A DNA stretch of 64,000 nt from Spirochaetia bacterium. GTDB lineage: Bacteria; Spirochaetota; Spirochaetia; SZUA-6; Bin103. Below, piece by piece: positions 55,601 through 64,000 of the stretch. The stretch covers positions 619,396 to 683,395 of the forward strand of contig OZ242313.1 in assembly GCA_965208065.1 (NCBI GenBank), read 5' to 3'. Made by a program: the position numbers and the translations under genes. The number at the start of each line of letters is the position of its first letter. Positions within the stretch are counted from its first letter, which is position 1. The notes under the pieces are model-generated. The model was not told the origin of the DNA. It ran no database searches and saw only the letters and a list, made by a program, of their open reading frames with translations.

Positions 55601-56081
55601 TGATTTCGCTCACCGCCTCGGCGCGTCCGTCGCCGGCTTGGGCGCCCGCTTCAAGGGCATCCATGGCGGCGCCGATCCGCTCGTATTCGGCCTCGTCGTC
55701 GGGCAGGATTCGCGCCAGGGCAATCGGCCCCGCCGCCACCGGGTGCTCGCGCAGCAGGCGCAGGCACAGCGAGTGGATGGTGCCGATGACCGCCTGATCG
55801 ATTTCCGCGCGGTGGCCGGCCAGCGACGGCCGCCGGTGCACTTCGCGCCGCACCCGGTCGCGCATCTCGGCGGCGGCTGCGTCGGTAAAGGTGACGGCGA
55901 CGATTTCCGGAATGCGGCAGGTGGCCAGCAGAGCGACGTAGCGCTCCACCAGAACGCGGGTCTTGCCGCTGCCGGCGCCCGCCGAGACCAGCATGTCCGC
56001 ATTGCGGTCGCCGACAATCGCCCGCTGCTCGCCGGTCAGATCCGCCTCCGGACTGGCGGTGGCCGCTCCGTGTGCGCTCAT
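52677..56081 (-). CDS. addA: AddA-type ATP-dependent helicase/nuclease subunit A (UvrD/PcrA family plus a C-terminal PD-(D/E)xK nuclease).
   Basis: Walker A SAGAGSGKTRVLVER, UvrD helicase motifs, and a C-terminal nuclease motif HLVDFKTDD. The ATG start at 56081 overlaps the addB stop. Confidence 0.8.
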   Translation of the reverse strand: MSAHGAATASPEADLTGEQRAIVGDRNADMLVSAGAGSGKTRVLVERYVALLATCRIPEIVAVTFTDAAAAEMRDRVRREVHRRPSLAGHRAEIDQAVIGTIHSLCLRLLREHPVAAGPIALARILPDDEAEYERIGAAMDALEAGAQAGDGRAEAVSEISVYWLTEQLPRMIDQRDQVREAFGSLAGARDGGGSGRHQDDRAARAARLAAWTAYVKGALDGAQREAVAAALPELERLVAALREALAGAAPDDKLAQQVGVVLATLGEREGQDAAALIDTIVSAAGAINLRPGKKASWQDMAQVKDDLRALRDLAKSLQNAPRWGPDDDLALRTTAALHDLFMDACRRYRLRKSALGACDYLDLEIEAVRLLREHPKIAAACRARYRHVMVDEFQDVNDTQIALVRLLTDPDGSGTARPHRFLVGDAKQSIYRFRGSNVAHFTQFEAELRRSGGALHALTQSFRTHDELVSVSNALFRPLFASGGNGSGVRMQRMSGRGPAGREGPHLTVITLEKQGRNSAAGALECRRVEADAVAAEIAGLLRGGAAVCDPESRRERPATARDVAVLLRRLAYVHVFEQALESHDVPYVTPAGAGFFTRQEIRDLTNLLAWLAEPDDLIALVGALRSPLFMIDDRTLLACHAAEHNWMRVLQRPPASVADDERRRCAHAAEVLADLRRTVAIDPVDAIVERALVLTGFEASWAPLRGGEQALANIRKLVAILRSLGGRSIDEAVGYLRRRRDELVDREGLAVIDQTDAVRVLTVHGAKGLEFPIVFVPEAHARPPRSTEPVRWRAADGISMTLSPGAGATASDPRRQPGMHRYLQQRDQHDEDAEHRRLLYVAATRAADRLYLSGDGQAGDGTWLGLCNDTLAGLDSALVDLRPALPVDVAAIARRAVPTDVPVPPAADEEPVAAPLVERPAVIPLRASTPVTGLRPPPRYVAASGHGDGLALLRGTLAHEAIRIWFTSGVRPDAIQVARQVEPSAAEATILRAAVDVEQMLAHLDGSDLARTLRHPDTRAHFELPFGWYWDGAPVHGTIDLAYEHAGSWHLVDFKTDDVRRGRIKQAAAPYLGQIALYAAALQQAVGEMPAAALHFLRPGVSYEPDPGELWKALAATRARIDAGELLAEPEP

Positions 56082-58918
56082 GGCCAGCGCTTCCAACGGC
56101 TGAACTCGTTGACGCGGCACGCGTGCTGGTACGCGCAGTAGCTCGGGCAGGGGCGCACCTTCGGGTCGACGCGGAAGTCGCCGGCCCGCACCGATTCGCG
56201 TACGGCGGCGGCGCGCCGGACCACATCGTCGATCAGCTGCCGGTCGGCGTCAGCGGCCGTGTCGAGCTGCCACTCCCTGCTCGGCGGCTTCACCCAGGCG
56301 TAGCGCGCAACAACCTGGGCGGCATCCACATGGTCGCGGGCCAGGTAGGCGTACAACTGCAGCTGGACGCGGCGGTCATCAAGGTCAGTGCGGCTGATGA
56401 AGCGTCCCGACTTGTAGTCTACAATCACCGCCACGCCGGGCGCCGAGTCGAAGCGGTCGATCTTCGCCCGTACGGTGAGCGGCGGCTCCAGCGGCAGGTC
56501 TGCCCGGAGATCCAGCTCCGTTCCCTGCACCCTGGTGATGCCGGCCTGCTCGGAGCGCCCGGCCTCCGCGTGCAGCAGGGCCGCCAGCCGATCCAACACC
56601 GTATCGCACTCCAGCTCCCAGATTCCGGCGCGTCCGAAACCATGTTGGGCAGGCGCCCGGTTCCAGATGGTGCGCCCCCTGGTCCGCAGCCGCTCGACCG
56701 CGGCCGGTACCGTGTCCGAGTCCAGCGGCTTCCCCGCCTTGACCAGTTCGCTCAGCGCGTCCTGCAGAATCTCGTGCATCACGGTGCCGCGGATCGCTGC
56801 GTCCGCTGTTTCCTGCTCCTCTTCCAATTCATACAGGTCCAGCGCGTAGCGCCCGAAAAATTGGAACGCGCAGGTCTGATAGGTCTCCAGGCGTGACGCG
56901 CTCCAGACGGCCTCGCGGTCGCTCAGCCCGCGGCGCAGGTCGGCCGCAACCGATCCCTCGAACGTGCCGGCCGACGCGAACGAGCGGCGGCGCTGCTCCA
57001 CGTGCGCCGCCAGCCGTACCACCTCCCACGCCGCCGCGTCCGCCGGCCGGTTGCGGCCCCCGTTGGCCCAGCCGGAGGTGCAGGCGATGGCGAGTTCGCG
57101 GCGGGATGCAGTCTCGGGCGGGGCAGGCGGCCGCACACCGGCGCCGCCGTCGCCGGCGGCATCCTCGAAATAGATCGAAGCGGCGACTTGGCGCCCGCGC
57201 TCGTCCAGCCGCGTCCGCCATGCGGTGAGCGACCCGTCGGCACGGCTGCGCACGGTACGCCACAGTTCATCCTCAGTCGGCTCGGGTTCGGGCGGCAGGG
57301 CGATTCCTTGTGCCGCCAGGCTGGTGCGCGCCTGCACGGACAGGAGAAGCGGCGCCGTCCGCGCCAGCGGGAATTCACCCTCCACCAGTCCACCGACGGC
57401 CAGGTGGTGCAGCCGCAGGCCGGGCAGCGCCGTCATCGGTCCCAGCAACACCCCGCCCGCCTCGCGCAGGATCGCCGCCGGCGCCTCCAGGCGGCTCAGG
57501 AGCCGGTCGGCGAACAGGGGAAACCCGATCGCGGCTGCGCCGAGCGCGGCATCGGCGGTGGCGATCTCGTCAAGGTGGCGGCGCAGGGCGTCGAGCTCGG
57601 CGGCGAGTCCGGCGATCAGGCGCACGTGCGGGCGAATAAGCGGGGAACCGCCGAACAGCGCCGCGTTCAATCGTTTGGCGTGCTCCGCGGCCGGCGCTGC
57701 CGGCGGCTCCAGCAGCCCATACAGATCGGTCAGCGCCGCGCCGAGTCCACGCTCCTCCAGCCCCGGCAGGGCCGGCGCCGGGCTGGCGGGTTGCCCGTCC
57801 GCGTCAGGCTGTCCGGCGGTCGCTGCGGCGGCATCCCGCACCGTCAACTCGGCCAAGCGATCAAGAGCGCCGCGTCCCGCCCACAGGTTCTCCTTCCGCC
57901 CACGGCGCGAAACCGCGGCGAGCGACTGTGCGTCGAGACCCCAACGATCGCCGTCGATGAAACCGCTCGACAGCGTCGCCACCAGATCGCGCAGGCGCCA
58001 ACCTTCCTCCGGCATCCGCAGCAGGCGGCGAATCCAGATGCCGAGCGGCCGGTTGGCGAGCGGTTCCCCGGCCACCGGATCGAGCGGCAGGTCGTATTCG
58101 GCGAACACCTGGCGTGCCAGGCCGAGCGCGGGACCGAGGCGCCGAAAGGCAACGCCGCAGTCGGATGGCCGCAGCGTGCGGTCCTCGGTGAGCCGTCGCT
58201 TGATGGAGCGTGCGATTGCGCGCAGCTGCGCCTCGCGGTCGGAGGTGACGAAACCGTGTACCGGTGCCTGGTGGATGCCGCCCGCGGTGCGCTCGACCGT
58301 CGCAGCGGGGCACAACTCGCTCAGGCGCTGGTATGAATGGCGGGCACGCGTCCCAGCGTCCGGATCGAAGGTGAGCGCAAAGTCGCGGCCGCTGGCGAGC
58401 GCGGCAAGCAGGCGCAGTTCTCCCTCATGGAAAAACGTGAATCCGTCCACGGCGATCACGCCAGGGATGTCGCTTGCCGCGGCAGCCGCGGCGGCGGCCG
58501 CACCCGGCAGCGCCGCGGGGTGCAGCCAGCGGTGCCGGTCGAGAGCGGTGTGGTAAGCGCGGTAGATGGCGGCAATCGCCGCAAGCTGCGGGTCGCCGGT
58601 AGCGTCGGCCGCCGCGGCGAGGCGATGGCGGTCTATCTCTTCGGCAGACAACTCCTCGATCGCGGCCCACAGCATCTGGTGCAGGCCGGGGGCCGCCGCG
58701 ATGGATGCGAAGTAGCTGGCGGAGCCGGCAGCGACTTCCTGCCGTATGACGCCGGCCAGCAGTTCACGGGCGACGCCGGGCGATGCCGGCACCCGCTCCC
58801 CGCACAACCGGCGGGCGAGGCCGCGCGGCGTTTCCACCTGCAGATCCAGCGCGACGCCGCAGAGCGCCAGCAGCCGGCGGCGGAATTGGTCGCCGTGGCG
58901 GACAGTGGGCACCAGCAT
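56078..58918 (-). CDS. addB: AddB-type helicase/nuclease subunit B (inactive helicase fold plus a C-terminal PD-(D/E)xK nuclease with a Cys cluster).
   Basis: C-terminal VIVDYKSGR...LQLYAYL...CPSYCAYQHAC (RecB-family nuclease plus Fe-S Cys). Position upstream of addA. Confidence 0.75.
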   Translation of the reverse strand: MLVPTVRHGDQFRRRLLALCGVALDLQVETPRGLARRLCGERVPASPGVARELLAGVIRQEVAAGSASYFASIAAAPGLHQMLWAAIEELSAEEIDRHRLAAAADATGDPQLAAIAAIYRAYHTALDRHRWLHPAALPGAAAAAAAAASDIPGVIAVDGFTFFHEGELRLLAALASGRDFALTFDPDAGTRARHSYQRLSELCPAATVERTAGGIHQAPVHGFVTSDREAQLRAIARSIKRRLTEDRTLRPSDCGVAFRRLGPALGLARQVFAEYDLPLDPVAGEPLANRPLGIWIRRLLRMPEEGWRLRDLVATLSSGFIDGDRWGLDAQSLAAVSRRGRKENLWAGRGALDRLAELTVRDAAAATAGQPDADGQPASPAPALPGLEERGLGAALTDLYGLLEPPAAPAAEHAKRLNAALFGGSPLIRPHVRLIAGLAAELDALRRHLDEIATADAALGAAAIGFPLFADRLLSRLEAPAAILREAGGVLLGPMTALPGLRLHHLAVGGLVEGEFPLARTAPLLLSVQARTSLAAQGIALPPEPEPTEDELWRTVRSRADGSLTAWRTRLDERGRQVAASIYFEDAAGDGGAGVRPPAPPETASRRELAIACTSGWANGGRNRPADAAAWEVVRLAAHVEQRRRSFASAGTFEGSVAADLRRGLSDREAVWSASRLETYQTCAFQFFGRYALDLYELEEEQETADAAIRGTVMHEILQDALSELVKAGKPLDSDTVPAAVERLRTRGRTIWNRAPAQHGFGRAGIWELECDTVLDRLAALLHAEAGRSEQAGITRVQGTELDLRADLPLEPPLTVRAKIDRFDSAPGVAVIVDYKSGRFISRTDLDDRRVQLQLYAYLARDHVDAAQVVARYAWVKPPSREWQLDTAADADRQLIDDVVRRAAAVRESVRAGDFRVDPKVRPCPSYCAYQHACRVNEFSRWKRWP

Positions 58919-59080
58919 CAGCGTGGCGGCAAACGGGTCCGCGCGATACCGGTCGGCAGTTCGCCGGAGCAGCGCCTCGGTCTTTCCGGATGCTGCCGGC
59001 CCGACTATGAAGGTGGTTCGTGCGATGCCTCATGGTACCGCCGGCGCGGGCCGGAAGTCTCATGCCGGCGTGATGAAGAA

Positions 59081-59145
59081 ACCGTGAATGGTGGCCAGTT
59101 ATCGTCTCCCATTCACGCCAAAGTTGTGATTTTCCGTGAATGGTG
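59081..59145. promoter_or_regulatory. Operator-like triple motif upstream of fic: CCGTGAATGGTG (59082-59093), the inverted copy CCCATTCACGC (59108-59118), and a direct copy CCGTGAATGGTG (59134-59145).
   Basis: Read directly. It lies 16-80 nt upstream of the fic ATG, in the addB/fic divergent region. Confidence 0.35.
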
Positions 59146-59160
59146 CGATGATGAGGCAGG

Positions 59161-60042
59161 ATGGCAACTTCCCTCGCCGCCAGAAACCGCATCCACGCGT
59201 TGCACCGCGAGTACGCCAGTCTGCGACCGGGCAAGGAGTCGCTCCTGGCGATGATCGACGAGGTGGAGATCCCCGAAAGCGTCTACAATTCCAATGCCAT
59301 AGAGAACTCGACGCTCACCCTGGAGGAAACCGAGAAGATCCTGCTGGAGCAGATGCTGTCCCGCAACGTGTCGGTGCGAGAAGTGTTCGAGGCGGTCAAC
59401 TTGGCACGTGTCATCGAGTACCAGCGGAACAGGGCCGGCGACACGGACCCGGGCAAGGAACGGATCCTGCTGTTGCACCAGATGCTGATCGGAGCAATCG
59501 ACGACGACATTGCCGGCCGCTTCCGCCGCAGTGGGGAGTACGTGCGGGTGGGTTCCCATATCGCGCCGGCGCCGGAGCAGGTCGACGGCATGATCGATGA
59601 GGCGCTGCTGCAGTACGGGAGTGACCTCGACTGCTATTTCCTGGACAGGATCGCCCGATTCCACCTGGATTTCGAAGTAATTCATCCGTTCTACGACGGC
59701 AATGGCCGTGTCGGCCGGGTCATCATCAATGCCCAACTGTTGAAGCAGGGGCTGCCGCCGCTGATCGTTCGCAACTCGGAAAAACAGACCTACTACCGCG
59801 CGTTCCGGGAGTACACCGACCGCCAGCGCACCGCGACCATGGAGCGGATCCTGGCGCTGGCGCTGATCGAGTCGCTGCACAAGCGGCTCAGTTACCTTCA
59901 GGGACAGCGCATCGTGACGCTGTCCAACTACATCAGGCAGGAGGGGCGGTCGGCCCCCGCCGTCACCAACGCCGCCCGCCGCCAGACCATTCCGGCGTTT
60001 CGCGAAAAGGGCGTGTGGAAGATCGCCAGTGACAGCCGGTAA
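59161..60042 (+). CDS. Fic/Doc-family protein (putative AMPylase/adenylyltransferase).
   Basis: Fic motif HPFYDGNGRVGR (HPFx[DE]GNGR). Confidence 0.8.
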   Translation: MATSLAARNRIHALHREYASLRPGKESLLAMIDEVEIPESVYNSNAIENSTLTLEETEKILLEQMLSRNVSVREVFEAVNLARVIEYQRNRAGDTDPGKERILLLHQMLIGAIDDDIAGRFRRSGEYVRVGSHIAPAPEQVDGMIDEALLQYGSDLDCYFLDRIARFHLDFEVIHPFYDGNGRVGRVIINAQLLKQGLPPLIVRNSEKQTYYRAFREYTDRQRTATMERILALALIESLHKRLSYLQGQRIVTLSNYIRQEGRSAPAVTNAARRQTIPAFREKGVWKIASDSR

Positions 60043-62164
60043 CACAGCGATGAGCGGTTGGATTACCCGGGTGGCGACCGATGTCGGGGGCACGTTTACG
60101 GACCTGGTCAGGTTCGACATCGATCCCGCGTCGGGCCGGACGCGGGTGACCACGGCGAAGACGGCGACCACCCCACCCGACTTCGAGCGCGGCGTGCTCG
60201 ACCTGCTGCGCAGCGGCGGCGTGGCGCTGGGCGACATCGATTTTCTGGCCCACGGCACCACCGTGGTGATCAACGCGCTCACCGAGCGCGCGGGTGCGAA
60301 GGTGGGGCTGGTCACCACCGCGGGATTCCGCGACACGCTGGAGATCGCGCGCGGCAACCGGCCCGACCTGTTCAATCTGCACTACCGGAAACCGAAGCCG
60401 TTCGTACCGCGCTACCTGCGCCGCGAGCTGCCGGGCCGGATGAACTACCGTGGCACGGAGCTGCGGCCGCTCGACCTGTCTCCCGTGCCGGCGATTGTCG
60501 AGGATTTCCGCCGCGAGGGCGTGGCGGCGGTGGCGATCTGCTTTCTGCATTCCTACGCCAACGATGCGCACGAACGCGCCGCGGAAGCGGAGGTGCGGCG
60601 CCTGTGGCCGGAGGTGTACGTGGTGTCGTCGCACCGCATCGCGCGCGAGTGGCGCGAATACGAACGCACCAGCACGACGGTGCTGTCCGCCTACGTACAG
60701 CCGACCGCCGAGCGCTACCTGCGCCGCCTGAGCAACGGCCTCGCGAGCGAAGGGTTCGCGGGCAGCCCCTACGTGATGCAGTCCAATGGCGGCATCGACT
60801 CGCTCGCGGCGGCGGCCCGGACGCCGATCACGATGCTCGAATCGGGGCCAGCCTCCGGCGTCCGGGGCGCCGCGCAGCTTGGCAGGCTGATCGGCGAGCA
60901 CAACATCATCGCCCTCGACATCGGCGGCACCACGGCGAAGTGCTCACTCATCGACCAGGGCAGCATCAGGATCGTGACCGATTACTGGATCGGGCGGGAC
61001 GGCAGGTCGGCCGGCTACCCGGTGATGGTGCCGGTGGTGGACATCGTCGAGATCGGCAACGGCGGCGGTTCGATAGCCTGGGTCGACGAGTTCGGCAAGC
61101 TGCGCGTGGGGCCGCGTTCGGCGGGCGCGGTGCCCGGTCCGGCGGCGTACGGCATGGGCGGTACCGACGCGACTACCACCGACGCCAACCTGTGGCTGGG
61201 CAGGATCAACCGCGACTGTTTTTCTGGCGGCTCCAGGAGCGGTGGCGCCGGCAGCGGCCGTGGCGGCGGCGAGCTGCTCGCGGACATGGAGGCGGTGGAG
61301 GCGGCGCTGCGCAAGGTTGGCGACCGGCTCGGCCTGGGGCCGGACCAGGCGGCGGCCGGCATCGTGCGCATCGCCAACAACAACATGGTCAACGCGCTCA
61401 AGCTGGTGTCGCTGAACCGGGGGTTCGACCCGCGCGAGTTCACGCTGGTGGCGTTCGGCGGCGGCGGCGGCATGCACGCGGTGGCGCTGGCCGCCGAACT
61501 CGGCATCGCCAAGGTGGTGATTCCAGCGGACGCGGCCGTGTTCTCGGCGTGGGGCATGATGATGTCCGACCTGCGCCGCGACTACATCGCCACCCACCTG
61601 CTGGACCTGGTGGCGGACAACGCGGCGGCGATCGAGAGCGCCTTGGCCGAGACCGAGGCCGCGGCACGGGCGCAGTTCGCCGGCGAAGGCGTCGACACCG
61701 GGCGGCTGTCGTTCCGGAGGTTCGGCAAGTTCCGCTACCAGAACCAGGAGCACACCACCGAGGTGGCGCTCGGCGACGGCGCGGTGACGGCGAATCGCAT
61801 CCGGGAAATCAGAAGCGCGTTCGAAACCGGGTACGAACGCGAATACACGTACCGCCTGGATGCGCCGGTGGAGATGGTCGGTATCCATGTCACCGCCACG
61901 GCCTCGGTTGGCCGCGTGGAGATAAGGCGGCAGGAACTCGGCCCCGAGAGCGCGGAACGGGCCCGGAAGGGTGCGCGCCGGGTCGACTTCGCGCCGGAGG
62001 GGGTGTGGGAAGCGGCGATCTACGACGGCGGCAAGCTCAGCCCGGGCATGCGGTTCGCCGGTCCGGCAATCGTGGAGGATGCGGCGTCGACCGTGGTCGT
62101 GCAGCGCGGCAACGAGGCGCAGGTCGACGGGTTCGGCAACGTCGTCATTCACATCCATGCATGA
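60029..62164 (+). CDS. hyuA: Hydantoinase/oxoprolinase A-type subunit (HyuA; N-methylhydantoinase A / acetone carboxylase beta-like).
   Basis: VATDVGGTFTDLV N-terminal ATPase motif of the hydantoinase A family. Size 711 aa. Confidence 0.85.
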   Translation: MTAGNTAMSGWITRVATDVGGTFTDLVRFDIDPASGRTRVTTAKTATTPPDFERGVLDLLRSGGVALGDIDFLAHGTTVVINALTERAGAKVGLVTTAGFRDTLEIARGNRPDLFNLHYRKPKPFVPRYLRRELPGRMNYRGTELRPLDLSPVPAIVEDFRREGVAAVAICFLHSYANDAHERAAEAEVRRLWPEVYVVSSHRIAREWREYERTSTTVLSAYVQPTAERYLRRLSNGLASEGFAGSPYVMQSNGGIDSLAAAARTPITMLESGPASGVRGAAQLGRLIGEHNIIALDIGGTTAKCSLIDQGSIRIVTDYWIGRDGRSAGYPVMVPVVDIVEIGNGGGSIAWVDEFGKLRVGPRSAGAVPGPAAYGMGGTDATTTDANLWLGRINRDCFSGGSRSGGAGSGRGGGELLADMEAVEAALRKVGDRLGLGPDQAAAGIVRIANNNMVNALKLVSLNRGFDPREFTLVAFGGGGGMHAVALAAELGIAKVVIPADAAVFSAWGMMMSDLRRDYIATHLLDLVADNAAAIESALAETEAAARAQFAGEGVDTGRLSFRRFGKFRYQNQEHTTEVALGDGAVTANRIREIRSAFETGYEREYTYRLDAPVEMVGIHVTATASVGRVEIRRQELGPESAERARKGARRVDFAPEGVWEAAIYDGGKLSPGMRFAGPAIVEDAASTVVVQRGNEAQVDGFGNVVIHIHA

Positions 62165-62224
62165 TCCCATCACTAGCGAAGCCGTCCGCAGCTCGGAGCA
62201 GGCGGGTGGCGAAAGGACCGTTCC

Positions 62225-63913
62225 ATGACAATGCGACAGCATGACCCGATTACGCTCGAAATCATTCAGAACTCGGTGCAGGCGGCGGCCGACGAGATGT
62301 TCGCGGCGATGCGCAAGACGGCGATGAGCTCGATCATCTACGAAGTGCTGGACATGGGCACCGGCATCCTGGACGCCAACGGCGAGATCGCTTCCTCCGG
62401 CGCCGGCATCCCGGCGTTCATCGGCGTGCTCGACAAGTCGGTGAAGTTCATCGCCGCCCGGTTCGACCAGCCGGGAGACATCGAGCCGGGTGACATCTTC
62501 GCCACCAACGATCCCTACTACGGGGGCGTTACCCACCTCAGCGACATCGTGGTGATGATGCCGGTGTTCCACGGCGGCCGGCATATCGCCTGGACCGCCA
62601 ACATCGCGCACCACTCGGACGTGGGGGGCATGGCGCCGGGATCGCTGACCGGAGAGGCCACGTCGATCTTCCAGGAGGGCGTACGGCTGCCGGCGATCAA
62701 GATCATCTCGCGGGGCCGCACCAACGAACCGGTGATGCAGGTGATCAAGGTCAATTCGCGCATGCCGGAGGTGCTCGAAGGCGATCTGTGGGCGGCCATC
62801 GCCTCGGTGCGGGTCGGGGCAAGACGGATCGAGGCGCTGGCGGAGAAATACGGCACCAGCACGTTCACGGCCGCGCTTGAGGGTTTCATGGCGTTCGGCG
62901 AGCAGGCGTCCCTGAGCGCGCTCGCGAAGCTGCCCCGCGGCACCTTCGAACTGGCGGAAGAACAGGACCACGGGCAGATCTACCACGTCGGGATCACCAT
63001 TGCGAAGGACCGGTTCACGGTCGATCTGCGCAACAACCCCGACCAGCTCGACGGACCCCTGAACACCAGCCGCGACAGCGCCATGGTGGCCGCGCAGATG
63101 ATCTTCAAGTCGCTGACCGATCCGTACACCCCGGCCAATGGCGGATCGTTCCGTCCGGTCGAGTTGTTGACGCGTAACGGCACCGTGTTCGATGCGCGCG
63201 AGCCGGCCGCGCTCGGCTTCTACTACGAGATCGGGCTGCGCGTGTACGACCTGATGTGGCGCTGCCTGGCGGGCCACATGCCCGACCGCCTGGCGGCCGG
63301 ACACTTCGCGTCGATCTGCGGCACCTTTATCGGCGGCATCCATCCCGATACCGGGCGGCAGTATACGGTTATCGAGCCGCAGCTCGGCGGCTGGGGGGCG
63401 AGCATGAGCGGCGACGGCAACACCGCGATGTTCAGCGGCTTCCACGGCGAGACCTACAATTGCCCCGCCGAGGTCACCGAGGCGCGCAACGGGCTGATCG
63501 TCGACCAGATGCGGTTGAACACGGCACCCGGCGGCGAGGGCAGGCATGCCGGGGGCCGCGGCATCGTGCTGGACTACCGGGTGCGCTCCGAAAGGGGCTT
63601 CCTGACTGCCGGCTACACCCGGTCCAAGTTCCCGCCCTGGGGTGTGGGCGGCGGGCGCGACGGTTCGCCGAACTACATCGAGTTTATCCCCAGGCAGGGC
63701 GAGCGGCGGCGGTTCGCCGCGGTATCCGGACTGGCCACCGGCAAGGATGACGTGATCCGCGTGTTCACCGGCAGCGGCGGCGGTTGCGGCGACCCGCGTG
63801 AACGCGACCCCGAGCTGGTGCGCGCCGACGTGCGCAACGGCCTGCTGTCGCCGCGGCGAGCACGCGACATATACGGCGTTGAAACGGAGGGGAGTTGCAA
63901 TGGCAAACGCTGA
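62225..63913 (+). CDS. hyuB: Hydantoinase B/oxoprolinase-type subunit (HyuB).
   Basis: Hydantoinase_B family pattern (DPYYGGVTHLSDI..., 562 aa), downstream of hyuA. Confidence 0.85.
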   Translation: MTMRQHDPITLEIIQNSVQAAADEMFAAMRKTAMSSIIYEVLDMGTGILDANGEIASSGAGIPAFIGVLDKSVKFIAARFDQPGDIEPGDIFATNDPYYGGVTHLSDIVVMMPVFHGGRHIAWTANIAHHSDVGGMAPGSLTGEATSIFQEGVRLPAIKIISRGRTNEPVMQVIKVNSRMPEVLEGDLWAAIASVRVGARRIEALAEKYGTSTFTAALEGFMAFGEQASLSALAKLPRGTFELAEEQDHGQIYHVGITIAKDRFTVDLRNNPDQLDGPLNTSRDSAMVAAQMIFKSLTDPYTPANGGSFRPVELLTRNGTVFDAREPAALGFYYEIGLRVYDLMWRCLAGHMPDRLAAGHFASICGTFIGGIHPDTGRQYTVIEPQLGGWGASMSGDGNTAMFSGFHGETYNCPAEVTEARNGLIVDQMRLNTAPGGEGRHAGGRGIVLDYRVRSERGFLTAGYTRSKFPPWGVGGGRDGSPNYIEFIPRQGERRRFAAVSGLATGKDDVIRVFTGSGGGCGDPRERDPELVRADVRNGLLSPRRARDIYGVETEGSCNGKR

Positions 63914-64000
63914 ACTGGCGAACGGCGGTCCGCTGAAGGTGATGTACCTGAACCCGGTCGGAACGTCCGACTACGACGAGGTGTTCGCCGCCATGGCGCG
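63900..64000 (+). CDS. 5' end of a gene (MANAELANGGPLKVMYLNPVGTSDYDEVFAAMA...), possibly an Asp/Glu/hydantoin racemase-family protein; truncated by the window.
   Basis: An ATG overlaps the hyuB 3' end by 14 nt. The N-terminal pattern KVMYLNPVGT...YDE resembles the Asp/Glu racemase / maleate-isomerase superfamily. Confidence 0.35.
   Translation, partial: MANAELANGGPLKVMYLNPVGTSDYDEVFAAMA

Noticed and set aside
1-64000. CRISPR arrays, rRNA genes and IS elements
   Set aside because: No regularly spaced short direct repeats, no rRNA-like conserved stretches and no transposase-like ORFs were found anywhere in the window.

Overview
High-GC (by eye roughly 65-70%) bacterial chromosomal window that spans the replication origin. 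The minus strand carries dnaA-dnaN-recF, with perfect and near-perfect DnaA boxes on both sides of dnaA and an AT-rich DUE-like stretch upstream of dnaA. To the right of the origin come housekeeping genes: a TraB-family protein, rdgB, an HTH protein, a DHH phosphoesterase, an M24 peptidase and an OTC-like argF. These are followed by tRNA-Leu(GAG) and an nrdA-nrdB-qor operon preceded by a small ribbon-helix-helix ORF. DNA-repair genes are scattered through the window (a MutY-like HhH-GPD glycosylase, RecD2, AddA/AddB). A long minus-strand run (about 17.9-31.2 kb) encodes an aldo/keto reductase, RecD2, a SirB1-like protein and then a DctP/DctQM TRAP transporter with its associated genes. Those associated genes are a TatT-like lipoprotein, TatD, a PfkB kinase, a NUDIX::PLP (Cys/Met-metabolism family) fusion and a redoxin. 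On the opposite strand are an enolase-superfamily (MR/MLE) enzyme, a DUF1537/OtnK-type acid-sugar kinase and an intracellular BNR/Asp-box sialidase-like protein. I read this as an acid-sugar utilisation locus. At about 36.1-40.3 kb the G+C content drops visibly. This compositional island holds a BrnA-like RHH antitoxin/regulator without BrnT, a beta-class DPPY DNA methyltransferase overlapping (ATGA) a PD-(D/E)xK nuclease-like ORF (putative type II RM), and a 363-aa protein of unknown function. It also holds a small winged-helix ORF pair, and it ends in a G-tract (possible G-quadruplex) region immediately upstream of a tight plus-strand operon: HMG-CoA synthase, IDI-2 (fni), a stand-alone AICAR-transformylase-like protein, a Rieske-domain fusion protein and thyX. 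Downstream are a Lol/MacB-like ABC export cluster (ATPase, two FtsX permeases, LolA-like protein, beta-barrel OMP), addB-addA, and a Fic-domain gene preceded by a triple-motif operator-like repeat. The Fic gene overlaps a hydantoinase hyuA-hyuB-racemase operon. GTGA/ATGA start-stop overlaps occur at many gene junctions. Many long ORFs in the supplied track are antisense artefacts of the high G+C and were not called.
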